In this document: one piece after another, positions 30,954-41,438 of the stretch
Layout: each line of letters opens with the position of its first letter
Numbering within the stretch: position 1 is the stretch's first letter
From: Myxococcota bacterium
GTDB taxonomy: Bacteria; Myxococcota_A; UBA9160; UBA4427
NCBI GenBank assembly: GCA_965250285.1
Contig: OZ252299.1
Location: 3,200,001-3,264,000 of the forward strand
Length of the DNA: 64,000 bases
Direction of reading: 5' to 3'
Made by a program: the position numbers and the translations under genes
The notes under the pieces: generated by a model
Databases searched by the model: none
Told to the model about the DNA's origin: nothing
What the model saw: only the letters and a program-made list of their open reading frames with translations

Positions 30954-31787
30954 ATGGCCGCGAGCGACGAACGCAAGTCCATCTTCATCACCGGCGCCGC
31001 GAGCGGGATCGGGCTCGCGACGGCCCGGCTCTTCGCCCACGAGGGTTGGCGCGTCGGCGGCTTCGACGTCGACGCCGCCGGGCTCGAGAAGCTCGAGGCC
31101 GAGATCGCACCGGGCGGCGGCGTCACCGGCCGACTGGACGTCACCGACAAGGCGGCGTTCGACGCCGCCATCGCCCGCTTCGGCGAGGTCACCGGCGGAC
31201 GGCTCGATCTCTTTCACAACAACGCAGGCATCGCCGAGTCGGGCTGGTTCGACGACGTGCCCCATGACCTCGTTCGACGATTGATCGAGGTCAACTTCGT
31301 CGGGGTGGTCAACGGGGTGTACGCGGCTCTTCCGCTGCTCAAGCAGACCGAGGGCTCGCTCTGCTTCAACACCTCGTCGTCGTCGGCGATCTTCGGCATG
31401 CCGCGACTCGCCGTCTATTCGGCGACCAAGTTCGGCGTGAAGGGGCTCACCGAGGCGCTGAGCGTCGAGTTCGAGCGCTACGGGGTGCGCGTCGTCGACG
31501 TCTTGCCGGGTCTCATCGATACGCCTCTGCTCGACGCGACGGCGAACCACTCGGGCGCGCCCGACGAGGCGATCCTGGCCCGCGAGAACATGGGCACCGA
31601 GGGCCCGTTTCGTCTGATCTCGGCCGACGAGGTCGCGCGCTCGGTCTGGGATGCGTACCACGACCAGACCGGCCGGCTGCACTGGTACGTGCCCCCCGAG
31701 CTCGAGCAGATCGAGACCGCCAAGGGCCAGGACGTGCTCGCGATTCGGTCGATGCTCAAGGCCCAGATCGAGGCCACGCTCGGCTGA
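30954..31787 (+). CDS. Short-chain dehydrogenase/reductase
   Basis: TGAASGIG, NNAGI, YSATK. Confidence 0.92.
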   Translation: MAASDERKSIFITGAASGIGLATARLFAHEGWRVGGFDVDAAGLEKLEAEIAPGGGVTGRLDVTDKAAFDAAIARFGEVTGGRLDLFHNNAGIAESGWFDDVPHDLVRRLIEVNFVGVVNGVYAALPLLKQTEGSLCFNTSSSSAIFGMPRLAVYSATKFGVKGLTEALSVEFERYGVRVVDVLPGLIDTPLLDATANHSGAPDEAILARENMGTEGPFRLISADEVARSVWDAYHDQTGRLHWYVPPELEQIETAKGQDVLAIRSMLKAQIEATLG

Positions 31788-31936
31788 GGCACGCCGCCTG
31801 CCACACCGGCATCCGAGGGGGACGCCGAACGAGACGCCTGCGTGATCGATTCTGTGTAGGCTCTCGATCGAAGCGCAGCGGCGTATCCTCCCATGGAACG
31901 CGCCCGCCCCCCTCTTGCCCCGCACTGGAGACCCCG

Positions 31937-33019
31937 ATGACTTCGACTGCCCCCCGCACCACCGAAGGCCGCGGCCGACGCTACGACAGCGTGATGGACA
32001 CGATCGGCAACACGCCGTGCATCCGGATCAACCGGCTCGCGCCCGAGGGCGTCGACATCTACGTGAAGGCCGAGTTCTTCAACCCCGCCGCGTCGGTGAA
32101 GGACCGCCTCGCCGTCAGCATCATCGAGGAGGCCGAACGCAGCGGCGATCTCAAGCCCGGTCAGACCGTCGTCGAGGCGACGAGCGGCAATACCGGTATC
32201 GGTCTCGCCATGGTCTGCGCGGCCAAGGGCTACCCCCTCGTCGTCACCATGGCCGACAGCTTTTCGATCGAACGCCGCAAGCTGATGCGCTTCCTCGGCG
32301 CGCAGGTCGTGCTCACGCCCCGCGCCGAGAAAGGCATGGGCATGTACAACAAGGCGGTCGAGCTCGCGGAGAAGAACGGCTGGTTCCTGGCGCGGCAGTT
32401 CGAAACCGACGCGAATGCGCTGATTCACGAGAACACGACCGGCCCCGAGATCCTCGCCGACTTCGAAGGCGAACGACTCGACTACTACGTCACGGGCTAC
32501 GGCACCGGAGGCACGGTCACGGGGGTCGCGCGCGCGCTGCGCAAGCACCGACCCGATACGAAGATCATCCTCACCGAGCCGGCCAACGCCGCGATCGTAT
32601 CGAGTGGCGAGGCCCAGGCGCGTCGCGACAGCGGCGCACCAGCCGGCAGCCATGGCCAGTGGGAGCCCCACCCCATTCAAGGCTGGACACCCGACTTCAT
32701 CCCGCTCGTCTTGCAGGAGTCGATCGACCAGAAGTTCTTCGACGAGCTGGTGCCGATCGCCGGGCCCGTGGGCATGGAGTGGTCGCGCAAGCTCGCTCAG
32801 AGCGAAGGCATCTTCACGGGCATCTCGGGCGGCTCGACGTTCGCCGTGGCGATGGACATCGCCGAGCGCGCCGAGAAGGGTTCGACGATCCTCGCGATGC
32901 TGCCCGACACGGGCGAGCGCTATCTCTCTTCCCCGCTGTTCGAAGGCATCGCAGAGGAGATGACCGACGAAGAGGTCGCCCTGTCGAAATCGACACCGGG
33001 CTACCAGATGCCCGCCTAG
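31937..33019 (+). CDS. cysK: Cysteine synthase (O-acetylserine sulfhydrylase family)
   Basis: IGNTP, NPAASVKDR (PLP Lys), EATSGNTG, GTGGT, HPIQGW, GISGG, PDTGERYLS. Confidence 0.88.
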   Translation: MTSTAPRTTEGRGRRYDSVMDTIGNTPCIRINRLAPEGVDIYVKAEFFNPAASVKDRLAVSIIEEAERSGDLKPGQTVVEATSGNTGIGLAMVCAAKGYPLVVTMADSFSIERRKLMRFLGAQVVLTPRAEKGMGMYNKAVELAEKNGWFLARQFETDANALIHENTTGPEILADFEGERLDYYVTGYGTGGTVTGVARALRKHRPDTKIILTEPANAAIVSSGEAQARRDSGAPAGSHGQWEPHPIQGWTPDFIPLVLQESIDQKFFDELVPIAGPVGMEWSRKLAQSEGIFTGISGGSTFAVAMDIAERAEKGSTILAMLPDTGERYLSSPLFEGIAEEMTDEEVALSKSTPGYQMPA

Positions 33020-33130
33020 ACGGGCTCGACCGGGCGGGGGCGCGCGCACCGCGCGCACCGCCCCGGCATCCGACACCACTGATCCGCTCCCACACGACCC
33101 GCGCGGGGGCCTGACAACCGGGGATTCCGA

Positions 33131-34129
33131 ATGCTGCGACGCCGGCTGCTGACGATCCCCGGCTACTTCATCGCTACCGCCCTCTGGCTCGGCCTGCTCC
33201 CGGTCACGCTCGTCGCCGCCGCGATCACCGATGCGGTGCGCCGGCGTGGCGCGGTGTTGCTGCGCGGCCTGGCCGCCATCACGGCCTACCTGCTCTGCGA
33301 GTCGATGGGGCTGCTCGCAGCCGCCGCGCTGTGGCTTCGCCGGGCCGTGCTGCCGATGTCGGACGAGGCCTGGGTCGACATCCACTTCAGGCTCGAGGCG
33401 TTGTGGGGCTCGACGCTCTTCACGGCGCTGAAGCACTGCTTCTCGCTCGAGTTCGAAGTGCACGGCGCGGACACCGCCGAGATCGCTCGCGGGCCGTACG
33501 TGTTGGCGCTTCGCCACTGCAGCACGGCCGACACGCTGCTTGCCTCGAAGCTCATCTCGTGGCCGCACGGCATGCGCCTGCGGTACGTCCTCAAGCGCGA
33601 GCTCTTGTGGGATCCTTGCCTCGACGTCGTGGGGCATCGCGTGCCGAACGTCTTCGTCGATCGTTTCACGGACGACACCATCGGTGAGGTGAATCGCGTA
33701 CAGGGGCTGACCCGCAATCTCGGCGAGCACGACGGGGTGCTGATCTATCCCGAGGGCACTCGGTTCACCGAGAAGAAGCGCAATCGCGTGCTCGCGAGCC
33801 TGCGCGAACGAGGGGATGCAGCGATGCTCGAGTACGCTGAGTCACTGAGCGTGCTCTTGCCGCCCAGGCCGGGCGGGCTGCTCGGCCTGCTCGATGCGGC
33901 GCCCACGGCCGACGTCGTGCTCTGCACCCACACCGGCTTCGAAGACGCCGAAACGTTGGGCGCGATCTGGCGCGGCGGCCTCATCGGCCGCAAGGTGCAC
34001 GTGCGCTTCGACCGCATCGCGCGCCCCGACATCCCCAAGGAGCCCGACGGAGCGAAGCAGTGGCTGCGCGACGAGTGGCGGCGGATGAACGGCTGGATCG
34101 AGGCGAATCGAACCCACGACACCGCCTGA
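33131..34129 (+). CDS. Lysophospholipid acyltransferase (PlsC-like)
   Basis: N-terminal TMs; RHCSTAD (HX4D), YVLKREL, FVDR, IYPEGTRF, LLPPRPGG. Confidence 0.85.
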   Translation: MLRRRLLTIPGYFIATALWLGLLPVTLVAAAITDAVRRRGAVLLRGLAAITAYLLCESMGLLAAAALWLRRAVLPMSDEAWVDIHFRLEALWGSTLFTALKHCFSLEFEVHGADTAEIARGPYVLALRHCSTADTLLASKLISWPHGMRLRYVLKRELLWDPCLDVVGHRVPNVFVDRFTDDTIGEVNRVQGLTRNLGEHDGVLIYPEGTRFTEKKRNRVLASLRERGDAAMLEYAESLSVLLPPRPGGLLGLLDAAPTADVVLCTHTGFEDAETLGAIWRGGLIGRKVHVRFDRIARPDIPKEPDGAKQWLRDEWRRMNGWIEANRTHDTA

Positions 34130-34150
34130 GCTTCGAGGCCCGGCCTGCCC

Positions 34151-35038
34151 TCAGGCGCGTTCGGGCAGGCCGAGAAGCGCAGCCGCCTCGGTCGGCGTCG
34201 CAACCGCGCGTCCGCACGCCGCGGCCAGCTCGCCCGCCCGCGCGACGGCCACCGCGTTGCTCTCGGCATCGGGGTCGTCTTCGAGTCCGACGCGCAGATG
34301 CCCACCTCGTTCGATCGCGCGCTTCGCGATCGGCGTGTTGAAGACGTCACCCCCGAGCACGGCGATCGCCCAGGGCAGGCCCGTGCCTTCGAGCATCGCG
34401 CAGTACATGTCGAGCGCCTCGGGGATCGGGGGCGCGCCGAAGATCGGCGGCCCCGAGCCGAGGAACCCGCCGAGACTGAAGTAGAGCTTCACGAGCGTGC
34501 CCGGCGGCAGCGCACCAGCCTGCTGGGCCGCGACGATCACGCGCAGAAAGCCCGGCTCGAAGATGGCGACCGACGGCCCGAGCCGATGTTCGCGGCAGAG
34601 CTCACCCATCACGCGAATCTCGTTCGGCGAGTTCGTGTAGACGTAGTCCATCGGGATCGGCCAGCCGTCTTCGCCCACCGAACCCAGGTTCACCGAACCG
34701 GGGTCGAGAATGCCGCACCGAATCACGCCCTCGCCCGCGAGCACGCGTTGGTGGCCGAGCTTCGCCTCGACACCACCCGGCCCCGCGGCCACGGTGGGAT
34801 AGAGCAGCGCGTCGGGCCGTGCGTCGATGATCGGTCGGTACGCCTCGAGATAGCGCGCCGCGCCCTCGTCGGGTGGCGCCATCGGCGTATCGCTGTGCGT
34901 GTGCACGATCGCGGCGCCGGCGTCGATGCAGGCGAGTGCGTCGCGCACCATCGACTCAGGATCTCGGGGGGCGGCCGGATTGCGCTCAGGGGTCGTGATG
35001 CCGTTCGAAGCCACCTCGATCACGACGGGATCGGACAT
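34151..35038 (-). CDS. Beta-keto acid cleavage enzyme (3-keto-5-aminohexanoate cleavage family)
   Basis: VIEVASNG, GAAIVHTH, DPGSVN, GGHLRVGLED, GRAVATPTEA. Confidence 0.9.
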   Translation of the reverse strand: MSDPVVIEVASNGITTPERNPAAPRDPESMVRDALACIDAGAAIVHTHSDTPMAPPDEGAARYLEAYRPIIDARPDALLYPTVAAGPGGVEAKLGHQRVLAGEGVIRCGILDPGSVNLGSVGEDGWPIPMDYVYTNSPNEIRVMGELCREHRLGPSVAIFEPGFLRVIVAAQQAGALPPGTLVKLYFSLGGFLGSGPPIFGAPPIPEALDMYCAMLEGTGLPWAIAVLGGDVFNTPIAKRAIERGGHLRVGLEDDPDAESNAVAVARAGELAAACGRAVATPTEAAALLGLPERA

Positions 35039-35100
35039 GTCGACTCCTCCACTTCGACCGCGCAGACTATCACGGCGCGAGATGCGCGGCGGCGTGCGGG

Positions 35101-37563
35101 GTGATCTGCGAGACTCGCCCCCTCATGGGGCCGCTCTCGACCGACAACGCTTGGGGCGCTCCGGGCCGACTCGCAACAGCGGCGCTGTGCGCGGGCTCGC
35201 TCGCGATCACGCTCGTCACCTCGGGCGCGGCGGCCGCAAACGAGGCGACCCGAGCGCCCGAGATCTTCTCGAAGCGAGCGTGGGACGACCCGCCGCGCGA
35301 CGCCCGGCCGGTGGCGCGCTGGTGGTGGCCGGGCGGCAGCGTCGACCGCGACGCGATCGACGCACAGCTCGAAGCGATCGCGGCGGCCGGCTTCGGCGGT
35401 GTCGAGCTTCAGCCCCTGCTGCTCGGCATCGGCGAAGACGATCTCGCGGCTGACCCGCGCCTGCGAAGCGTCGGCACGCCGGGCTATCGCGCGCTCGTCG
35501 CGTACGCCGCCCAGGCGGCGGGCCAGCATGGCCTGGCCTTCGACCTGACCCTCGGCAGCGGCTGGCCCGGTGGGCTGCCCACGGCCCGCGCCAACGCCGA
35601 GCGCCAGCTGCTGATGACGCATGTCGATGTCGAAGGCCCCGACCTGGTCGACGTCGCCGTACCCGCCGCCCCCGATCAGAGCTATCGGCGCAGCGTCGAG
35701 TGGGTGCTCGACGTGCTCGGCCCGATGGATGAAGAGGCCGAACTCGTGGCTGTCGTGGCCGCGCGCGTCGGCCCGAACCGCGAGGGCGTGCCGACCCTCT
35801 CACACGCGCGAGCGCTCGAAGGCGCGGTCGCAAACGGACGCCTGCGCTGGACACCCCCGTCCGGAACGTGGCGCGTCTTCATCTTCTTCAGCAACTCGAC
35901 CGAACACTTCGTGATGGGCGGCGCCTTCCCCGGCGCCGAGGCCGACGCGCGCGTCGTCGACCACCTCGCCGCACGGGGGGCCGACGCGCTGCTCGAAGGC
36001 TACGCCGATCCGCTGCTCGCCGAGGTCGGCGCTCGACACGTGCGAGACGTCTTCGTCGACAGCTTCGAGCTGATGGGCGAGCTGCCCTTCACCGCGGCGT
36101 TCTTCGATGCGTTCGAGTCGCGCGCCGGCTACGACGTGACGCCCGACCTGCCGCTGCTCTTCCGGCGCGGCGGCGAGTCGAAGTACGCCGAGATGATGGA
36201 TCTCTTCGGCCGGCTCGGCGGCCCGGTCTACGTCGACGCCGATTCGGGCCGGGCCGAACGCGTGCGCGAAGACTACGAGCGCGTCCGAAGCGGCCTCTTC
36301 GAGGAGGCCTTCGTCGCCCGCTTTGCAGGATGGTCGCATGCACGAGGGCTGGGCCTTCGCCTGCAGGCCCACGGCGGCTACGGCGACATTCTCGACACGT
36401 ACGCACTGGCCGACGTGCCCGAGAGCGAGGGGCTCTTCGCGGGCGGCGCGTTCGACTTCTTGAAGCTCGCGTCGTCGGCCGCCCACGTCGCCGGGCGCCG
36501 GTGGGCCTCATCGGAGTCGTTCATCACGTTGCGGCTGTTCGGAAGATCGATCGCGAACGAAGAGATGCAGCTGCTCGCGGGCCGGGCGTTCGCAGCGGGC
36601 ATCAACCGCATCGTCTACCACGGCGTCGCGCAGCCCTACGTGCGCGCGGACGGCGCACGCTGGTTTCCGTTCTCGGGCGGCTTCGGACGCATCCTCGCGG
36701 GCCCTCTGCCGATGTCACTCGACGTCGACGCCGCGCGGCTCGCCGCGATTGTGCCCTTCAATCGAGCGCTGGCGCGGTCGGCGGTCGCGATGAGCAGCGG
36801 CGACCCGGCGAGCGACGTCGCGTGGCTGCATCCCGACGCGACCTACCCCGACGCGGCGAGTCTGCAGCTCGGCCGCATCGAAGCCCATGCCGGCGAGTCG
36901 ACCCCGACTGCGGCACTCCGTGCGCGCGGTCTGACCCACGATCGCGTGAGTCGGCGCATGCTCACAGGCGCCCAGCCCGACGGCGACGGCTTCAGAGTCG
37001 GGGCGATGCGCTATCGCGCGCTCCTGGTCGACCCGCTCGACGTCGCCGAGCCCGAGCTCGTCGAAGCGATGGCTCGGATCGCCGAGCACGGCGTGCCCGT
37101 GTTCACGCTCGGGCAGCTGCCCGCGCGCGCCCCGGGGCTGCACGACGCCGACGGGCGCGACGCGCGCGTGCGCTCGGCGCGCAAGCGCCTCGAGGCCCAC
37201 GCGCAGCGCGTGGCCCCCGAGGCGCTCGAAGCGGCGCTCGCGCGCCGCGTTCGCGGCGATCTCGTTGCGCCAGCAGGGAACGAGCAGCTCACGGTCTCTC
37301 TCGCTCGGCGCACCCACCCGCACGGCGACACGCTGCTCGTCTTCAACGAGTCGTGGTCGCCCACTTCGGCACAGCTGCGCTTCGTTCGCAGCGGCCACGA
37401 TCTCACCCGCTGGAACCCCGAAACCGGTGCCCCCACACAGTTGCGTGCCCGGGTCGAATCGGGCGACGTCGTTTCCGTCCCACTCGAGCCGGCCGCGTGG
37501 ACGATCCTCACCCTCGGTCGCACGACCAACCCGGCCGGTCGGGGCCGCGACGACAGCCCGTAG
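35101..37563 (+). CDS. Exported glycoside hydrolase, GH106 (alpha-L-rhamnosidase-like); start uncertain
   Basis: PP.DARP.ARWWWPGG, AGFGGVE, DLTLGSGWP.G, VDSFE, VPESE, ASSAAHVAGR, GINRIVYHG. Confidence 0.85.
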   Translation: MICETRPLMGPLSTDNAWGAPGRLATAALCAGSLAITLVTSGAAAANEATRAPEIFSKRAWDDPPRDARPVARWWWPGGSVDRDAIDAQLEAIAAAGFGGVELQPLLLGIGEDDLAADPRLRSVGTPGYRALVAYAAQAAGQHGLAFDLTLGSGWPGGLPTARANAERQLLMTHVDVEGPDLVDVAVPAAPDQSYRRSVEWVLDVLGPMDEEAELVAVVAARVGPNREGVPTLSHARALEGAVANGRLRWTPPSGTWRVFIFFSNSTEHFVMGGAFPGAEADARVVDHLAARGADALLEGYADPLLAEVGARHVRDVFVDSFELMGELPFTAAFFDAFESRAGYDVTPDLPLLFRRGGESKYAEMMDLFGRLGGPVYVDADSGRAERVREDYERVRSGLFEEAFVARFAGWSHARGLGLRLQAHGGYGDILDTYALADVPESEGLFAGGAFDFLKLASSAAHVAGRRWASSESFITLRLFGRSIANEEMQLLAGRAFAAGINRIVYHGVAQPYVRADGARWFPFSGGFGRILAGPLPMSLDVDAARLAAIVPFNRALARSAVAMSSGDPASDVAWLHPDATYPDAASLQLGRIEAHAGESTPTAALRARGLTHDRVSRRMLTGAQPDGDGFRVGAMRYRALLVDPLDVAEPELVEAMARIAEHGVPVFTLGQLPARAPGLHDADGRDARVRSARKRLEAHAQRVAPEALEAALARRVRGDLVAPAGNEQLTVSLARRTHPHGDTLLVFNESWSPTSAQLRFVRSGHDLTRWNPETGAPTQLRARVESGDVVSVPLEPAAWTILTLGRTTNPAGRGRDDSP

Positions 37564-37730
37564 CGACCCGCTCGCGCCCTGATCGAAGGCCTTGCACGGG
37601 TCGGACGGAACGACTTGCCACCGGCGCGCGCAAGCTCGAAGCTCCGGCCGCGCACCCCAACGGAGAACGTCCCTTCGATGCACCCCGAGCCGAGGCACCC
37701 TGGCGCGCATCCGCGCGGCGGCGTGCGCCG

Positions 37731-39431
37731 ATGAGCCGCTCGACCCCCGCGCCCGGGCCGCGCCTTCGCGGCGCACGAACGCACCGGTGGGCTCGCGCTG
37801 CCGCGAGCCTGTTCGTGCTCGCTTCACTCGCCTGCGCCCAGAAGGGTGGACCGGTCGATCCGATCGGTCCCGACCTGATGCAGGAGCTGCCCTCGGACGC
37901 TGAAGACATCGAGATCTTCGGCGGCATCCCGCTGAACGGCCTGCGCTTCATCGGCACGCACAACTCGTACCACCTGTGGCCGCGCCTGTTCGGCCTGCCG
38001 TTTCTGCCGATCGCGTTCTCGGCGAAGCATCGCTACGCGCAGCCGCCGCTCGGTGAGCAGCTCGACGGTGTGCCGGGTGGCCCGGGCGCCGTGCGACAGA
38101 TCGAGCTCGACCTGCACATGCGCCGCTTCGACGACTCGATCCGGGTGCTGCACGTGCCGTGGATCGACAACCACACGAGCTGCAAGACCCTGCAGATCTG
38201 CCTCGAGCAGGTCATGGACTGGTCCGAGAAACGCGGCGGGGTGCACGCCCCGGTTCTCATCTGGCTCGAGCCCAAGGACAAGACGCCCATCGACCGCTGG
38301 ATGTCGCTCGGCTTCTACGAGCGCGTCGACCTGATGCGCGTCGAAGAGGCGGTGTTCGAGGTCATCCCACGAGAACGCATCCTCATGCCGGATGACCTTC
38401 GGCGCGGCGAGCGCACGCTGCCCGACGCCATCACTCATCATGGCTGGCCCACACTCGATGCGCTCGAAGGCAAGTTCATCTTCGCGCTGCTCGACGAGAG
38501 CGAGCATCGACAGGAGTACGTCGGGCTGAGCCCGCTGCGCAATCTCGAAGGCCGGCTCATGTTCGTGCGCTCGAGCGCACCGACCGAGCCCTGGGCCGCG
38601 ACGTTCAAGATCGACAACTCGGTGCCGACCCTCGAAGACATGCAGGTCTTCGGGCAAGAGGCCCTCGCCGATCCCGAGCTCGCGGCCCTGCAGGTGTACC
38701 CCGAGCCCCCGACGACCGACAACGCGTTCGTCGCCTGGTGGAAGAACCTGTGGCTGATCGCGCAAGGCCAAGGCGACGAGACGGGGTCGAGCGAGAACGA
38801 AGACGAGGACGCAGCCCGACAGAACCGGTCGAAGGGCGATACCGAGCCCTCGCCCGACAGGCAGAGCGTGGTCAACGGCGAGCCCTCAGCCGATGCTGAT
38901 GCCGGCGCAGAGAAAGACCTCACGAGCGAAGCCAAGGCGCCGACGCCCGAGGTCGATTGGCGGCTGCGTCGCGAGCTGCGCTCGGTCTCGTTCGACACGC
39001 GCGACGAGGCGCGCCAGCGTCACCTCGAAGCCGTCGATGCGCTCGAAGAGCGGATGCGCGCCGAGGTCGCGCCCGAGAGCGAGGATCTCGCCATCGTGCT
39101 CGAGAACGCGCGGCGATCGCGCGACTACCGGGACGTGCTGCGCGAGCGCCTGCGCGGCTTCATCGGCGACCACCGTCGCGCGCGAATCCTCGCGCTCGTG
39201 CGCGACGGTTTCCTCGTCACGACGACCGCCGACGACCCCCACCGCGACGCCGACACCAACCGCCGCGTCGCGCTCTCGTCGCTGCTCTCGGGCGCTCAGT
39301 ACGTGAGCACGAACGCGCTGACGCCGAGCGCGCGAGATGGCTATCTGCTCGAGGTGCCCGGCGCTTCGATCCGCTGCAACGTGCTCGTCGACCCCGACGG
39401 CTGCGCCAACGCCGTCGACGACGAGCGCTGA
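37731..39431 (+). CDS. Ca2+-dependent phosphoinositide-specific phospholipase C-like lipoprotein
   Basis: Lipobox SLAC; GTHNSYH, VRQIELDLH, VLHVPWID..TSC, H.PVLIWLEPKD, GWPTLD.LEGKFIF, SGAQYVST. Confidence 0.82.
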   Translation: MSRSTPAPGPRLRGARTHRWARAAASLFVLASLACAQKGGPVDPIGPDLMQELPSDAEDIEIFGGIPLNGLRFIGTHNSYHLWPRLFGLPFLPIAFSAKHRYAQPPLGEQLDGVPGGPGAVRQIELDLHMRRFDDSIRVLHVPWIDNHTSCKTLQICLEQVMDWSEKRGGVHAPVLIWLEPKDKTPIDRWMSLGFYERVDLMRVEEAVFEVIPRERILMPDDLRRGERTLPDAITHHGWPTLDALEGKFIFALLDESEHRQEYVGLSPLRNLEGRLMFVRSSAPTEPWAATFKIDNSVPTLEDMQVFGQEALADPELAALQVYPEPPTTDNAFVAWWKNLWLIAQGQGDETGSSENEDEDAARQNRSKGDTEPSPDRQSVVNGEPSADADAGAEKDLTSEAKAPTPEVDWRLRRELRSVSFDTRDEARQRHLEAVDALEERMRAEVAPESEDLAIVLENARRSRDYRDVLRERLRGFIGDHRRARILALVRDGFLVTTTADDPHRDADTNRRVALSSLLSGAQYVSTNALTPSARDGYLLEVPGASIRCNVLVDPDGCANAVDDER

Positions 39432-39688
39432 GCGCCCGCCCGGCCGCGCGGCCACGAAGTCGAGCCAGACCGGCGAGTTGCGACTCGGCCTGCGCCGTCG
39501 CGACGACTCGGGCAGCGCGCTTTGCCCCCCATCCATCCACACCCGTGCCATTCGGCCCATGGGTGGCTGCGCCGAACCACCCGATGATGCGACCCGACGC
39601 TGCCAACCGGCAGCTCGATCGATCGGCAGCCCGCCGATCGCCGCGGCCGATGGTGGGCGCGATCCAAGTGAAACGGAGTGGTTGGAAC

Positions 39689-40708
39689 ATGCTGGGGTTC
39701 GACGTGCGCAACGGCTGGGCGGTCCTGGGTCTTCTGCTGGTGAGCTTCTTCGGCATTGCATGCGGCGAAGAAGGAGGCGAAGCCGGCGCCGTCCCGCAGG
39801 CCGACTTTGCCGCGATCTTCGAAGGCGAAGCGGTCGAGATCGAAACGCAGGGCACCGAGACGCGGCTGACGTTCCAGGACATCCGCTACGACTTCGGCAC
39901 GGCGTTCGGCCTCGACCCTGTCTCGCACCCGACGCTCGACAAGTTCGCCATGGTCTTCGCGACGATGCCCGCGGCCCGGTACATGGTCGTGGGGCACACC
40001 GACGACCGCGGTGACGCCGATGGTCGAGTCGAAGAATCGAAGCAACAGGCCGGCGCCGTCGCCAGCTATCTGATCGGGATCGTGGGCGGCGAACGGCTCG
40101 CGTTCGACTCCGACGGCGTCGGCGGCGCTTTCCCGATCGCGACCAATGCCACCAAGAACGGCCGAGCGCTCAACCGTCGCATCGAGATCATCGTCGAGGC
40201 CGATCCGCCCGGCCGTACATATCGTCTGACGATGGCGGCCGACGTGCTCGACGTCATCGAAGACTGCGACGATTTCACGGGCTCGCCGTCTGCGGCCGCC
40301 GGCGACTTCTTCATCCAGACCGAGTTCGCGTTCTTCAGGAGCACACGGATCACCAACTCGCCGAACGTCGAGGTCCCCGCCAACGCCGGCGAGACCATCG
40401 ATCTCGACATCGCAGCCGAGACGCTCTACTGGACGTCTCGTAGCGGGAGCCTCGACTACCGCGTCGACTGGTCCGAGGCCGATACCGAGGGCCCGCAGTT
40501 CGAGTTGTCGGCGGGGAGCGACATCCGGTGGTCCGAGTCGGACGGATGCTGGCTCGTCAACGTGGGACCGCCCGGCGGAAGGTGTCTCTCGCGCACCGAG
40601 GGCGTGATCGACTCCGGCACGTCGATCGTCGCGATGCCCGGCACCGCGACCCAGGATGCATGCTTCGTCGAGCTCGACTGGTCGCTGACCGCTGAGCGGG
40701 TTCAGTAG
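39689..40708 (+). CDS. Lipoprotein with OmpA-like C domain plus an unrecognised beta-rich, Cys-containing domain
   Basis: Lipobox GIAC; VVGHTDDRG, PIATNAT..GRALNRRIEI. Confidence 0.78.
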   Translation: MLGFDVRNGWAVLGLLLVSFFGIACGEEGGEAGAVPQADFAAIFEGEAVEIETQGTETRLTFQDIRYDFGTAFGLDPVSHPTLDKFAMVFATMPAARYMVVGHTDDRGDADGRVEESKQQAGAVASYLIGIVGGERLAFDSDGVGGAFPIATNATKNGRALNRRIEIIVEADPPGRTYRLTMAADVLDVIEDCDDFTGSPSAAAGDFFIQTEFAFFRSTRITNSPNVEVPANAGETIDLDIAAETLYWTSRSGSLDYRVDWSEADTEGPQFELSAGSDIRWSESDGCWLVNVGPPGGRCLSRTEGVIDSGTSIVAMPGTATQDACFVELDWSLTAERVQ

Positions 40709-40829
40709 GTGGCGGTCGACCGACCGCGTGTGGCTGCCGATCGTTTGCGCAAGAGCTGCCGGTCGCGCGCCCGCGCAGCGATCTAGGGGCACACGATCAC
40801 AAGGTCGACCGCGCTCCAACCGATGAGGT

Positions 40830-41438
40830 GTGGGTGCAGCCCGGCCGCGGCGTGCACCTGCGACGTCTCTGGAGCCCATGTTGCACGCCCCCGCCCCGCC
40901 CTCCCCCGATACGCGACCGACGCCTCCCTTCTTCGGCGCGCTTCGACGCGCGACGGCGCGTGTCGGCTCACCCGAAGCGCGAAGCCTCTCGGCGGAGCTC
41001 GCCGCCGACGTGGTCGAGGGGGGATGGCGGGTCGTGCAGTCGATCCGTTGGCCGACCTGGGGCGGCGCCGTCGACTTCTTCACGCACCAGGTGGTCGTGA
41101 ACTTGGTCGGCTGGATGGCGGGCTTCGCGACCGCGCACCTCGTCACGCGCTGGTTCGAGGTGCGCGGGCTCCGCAATCTCTGGGGCCTCGTCGCATCGGG
41201 CGACCGCACGCTCGTGAGTGCCGATCACCATCGCTTGATCATGACGTTCACCGGCTTCACCGTCGGGCTGCTCATGATGCTCTTCGTTCGGCACTGCTTG
41301 ATGCGCTGGATCGCCGAGACGCGCTCGCTCCGCGCCGACCGACGCGGCGGCCACGTGGCGACGCGCGAAGAGCACGCTCCTTCGAGTGGCGTGCCCCTCG
41401 CGCACTTCGAAGCACTCGAAGCCGAGCCCGAGCAGTAG
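40830..41438 (+). CDS. Hypothetical membrane protein (2 TM); start uncertain
   Basis: Two hydrophobic helices around FEVRGLRNLWGL; GC3-biased codon usage. Confidence 0.55.
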   Translation: MGAARPRRAPATSLEPMLHAPAPPSPDTRPTPPFFGALRRATARVGSPEARSLSAELAADVVEGGWRVVQSIRWPTWGGAVDFFTHQVVVNLVGWMAGFATAHLVTRWFEVRGLRNLWGLVASGDRTLVSADHHRLIMTFTGFTVGLLMMLFVRHCLMRWIAETRSLRADRRGGHVATREEHAPSSGVPLAHFEALEAEPEQ

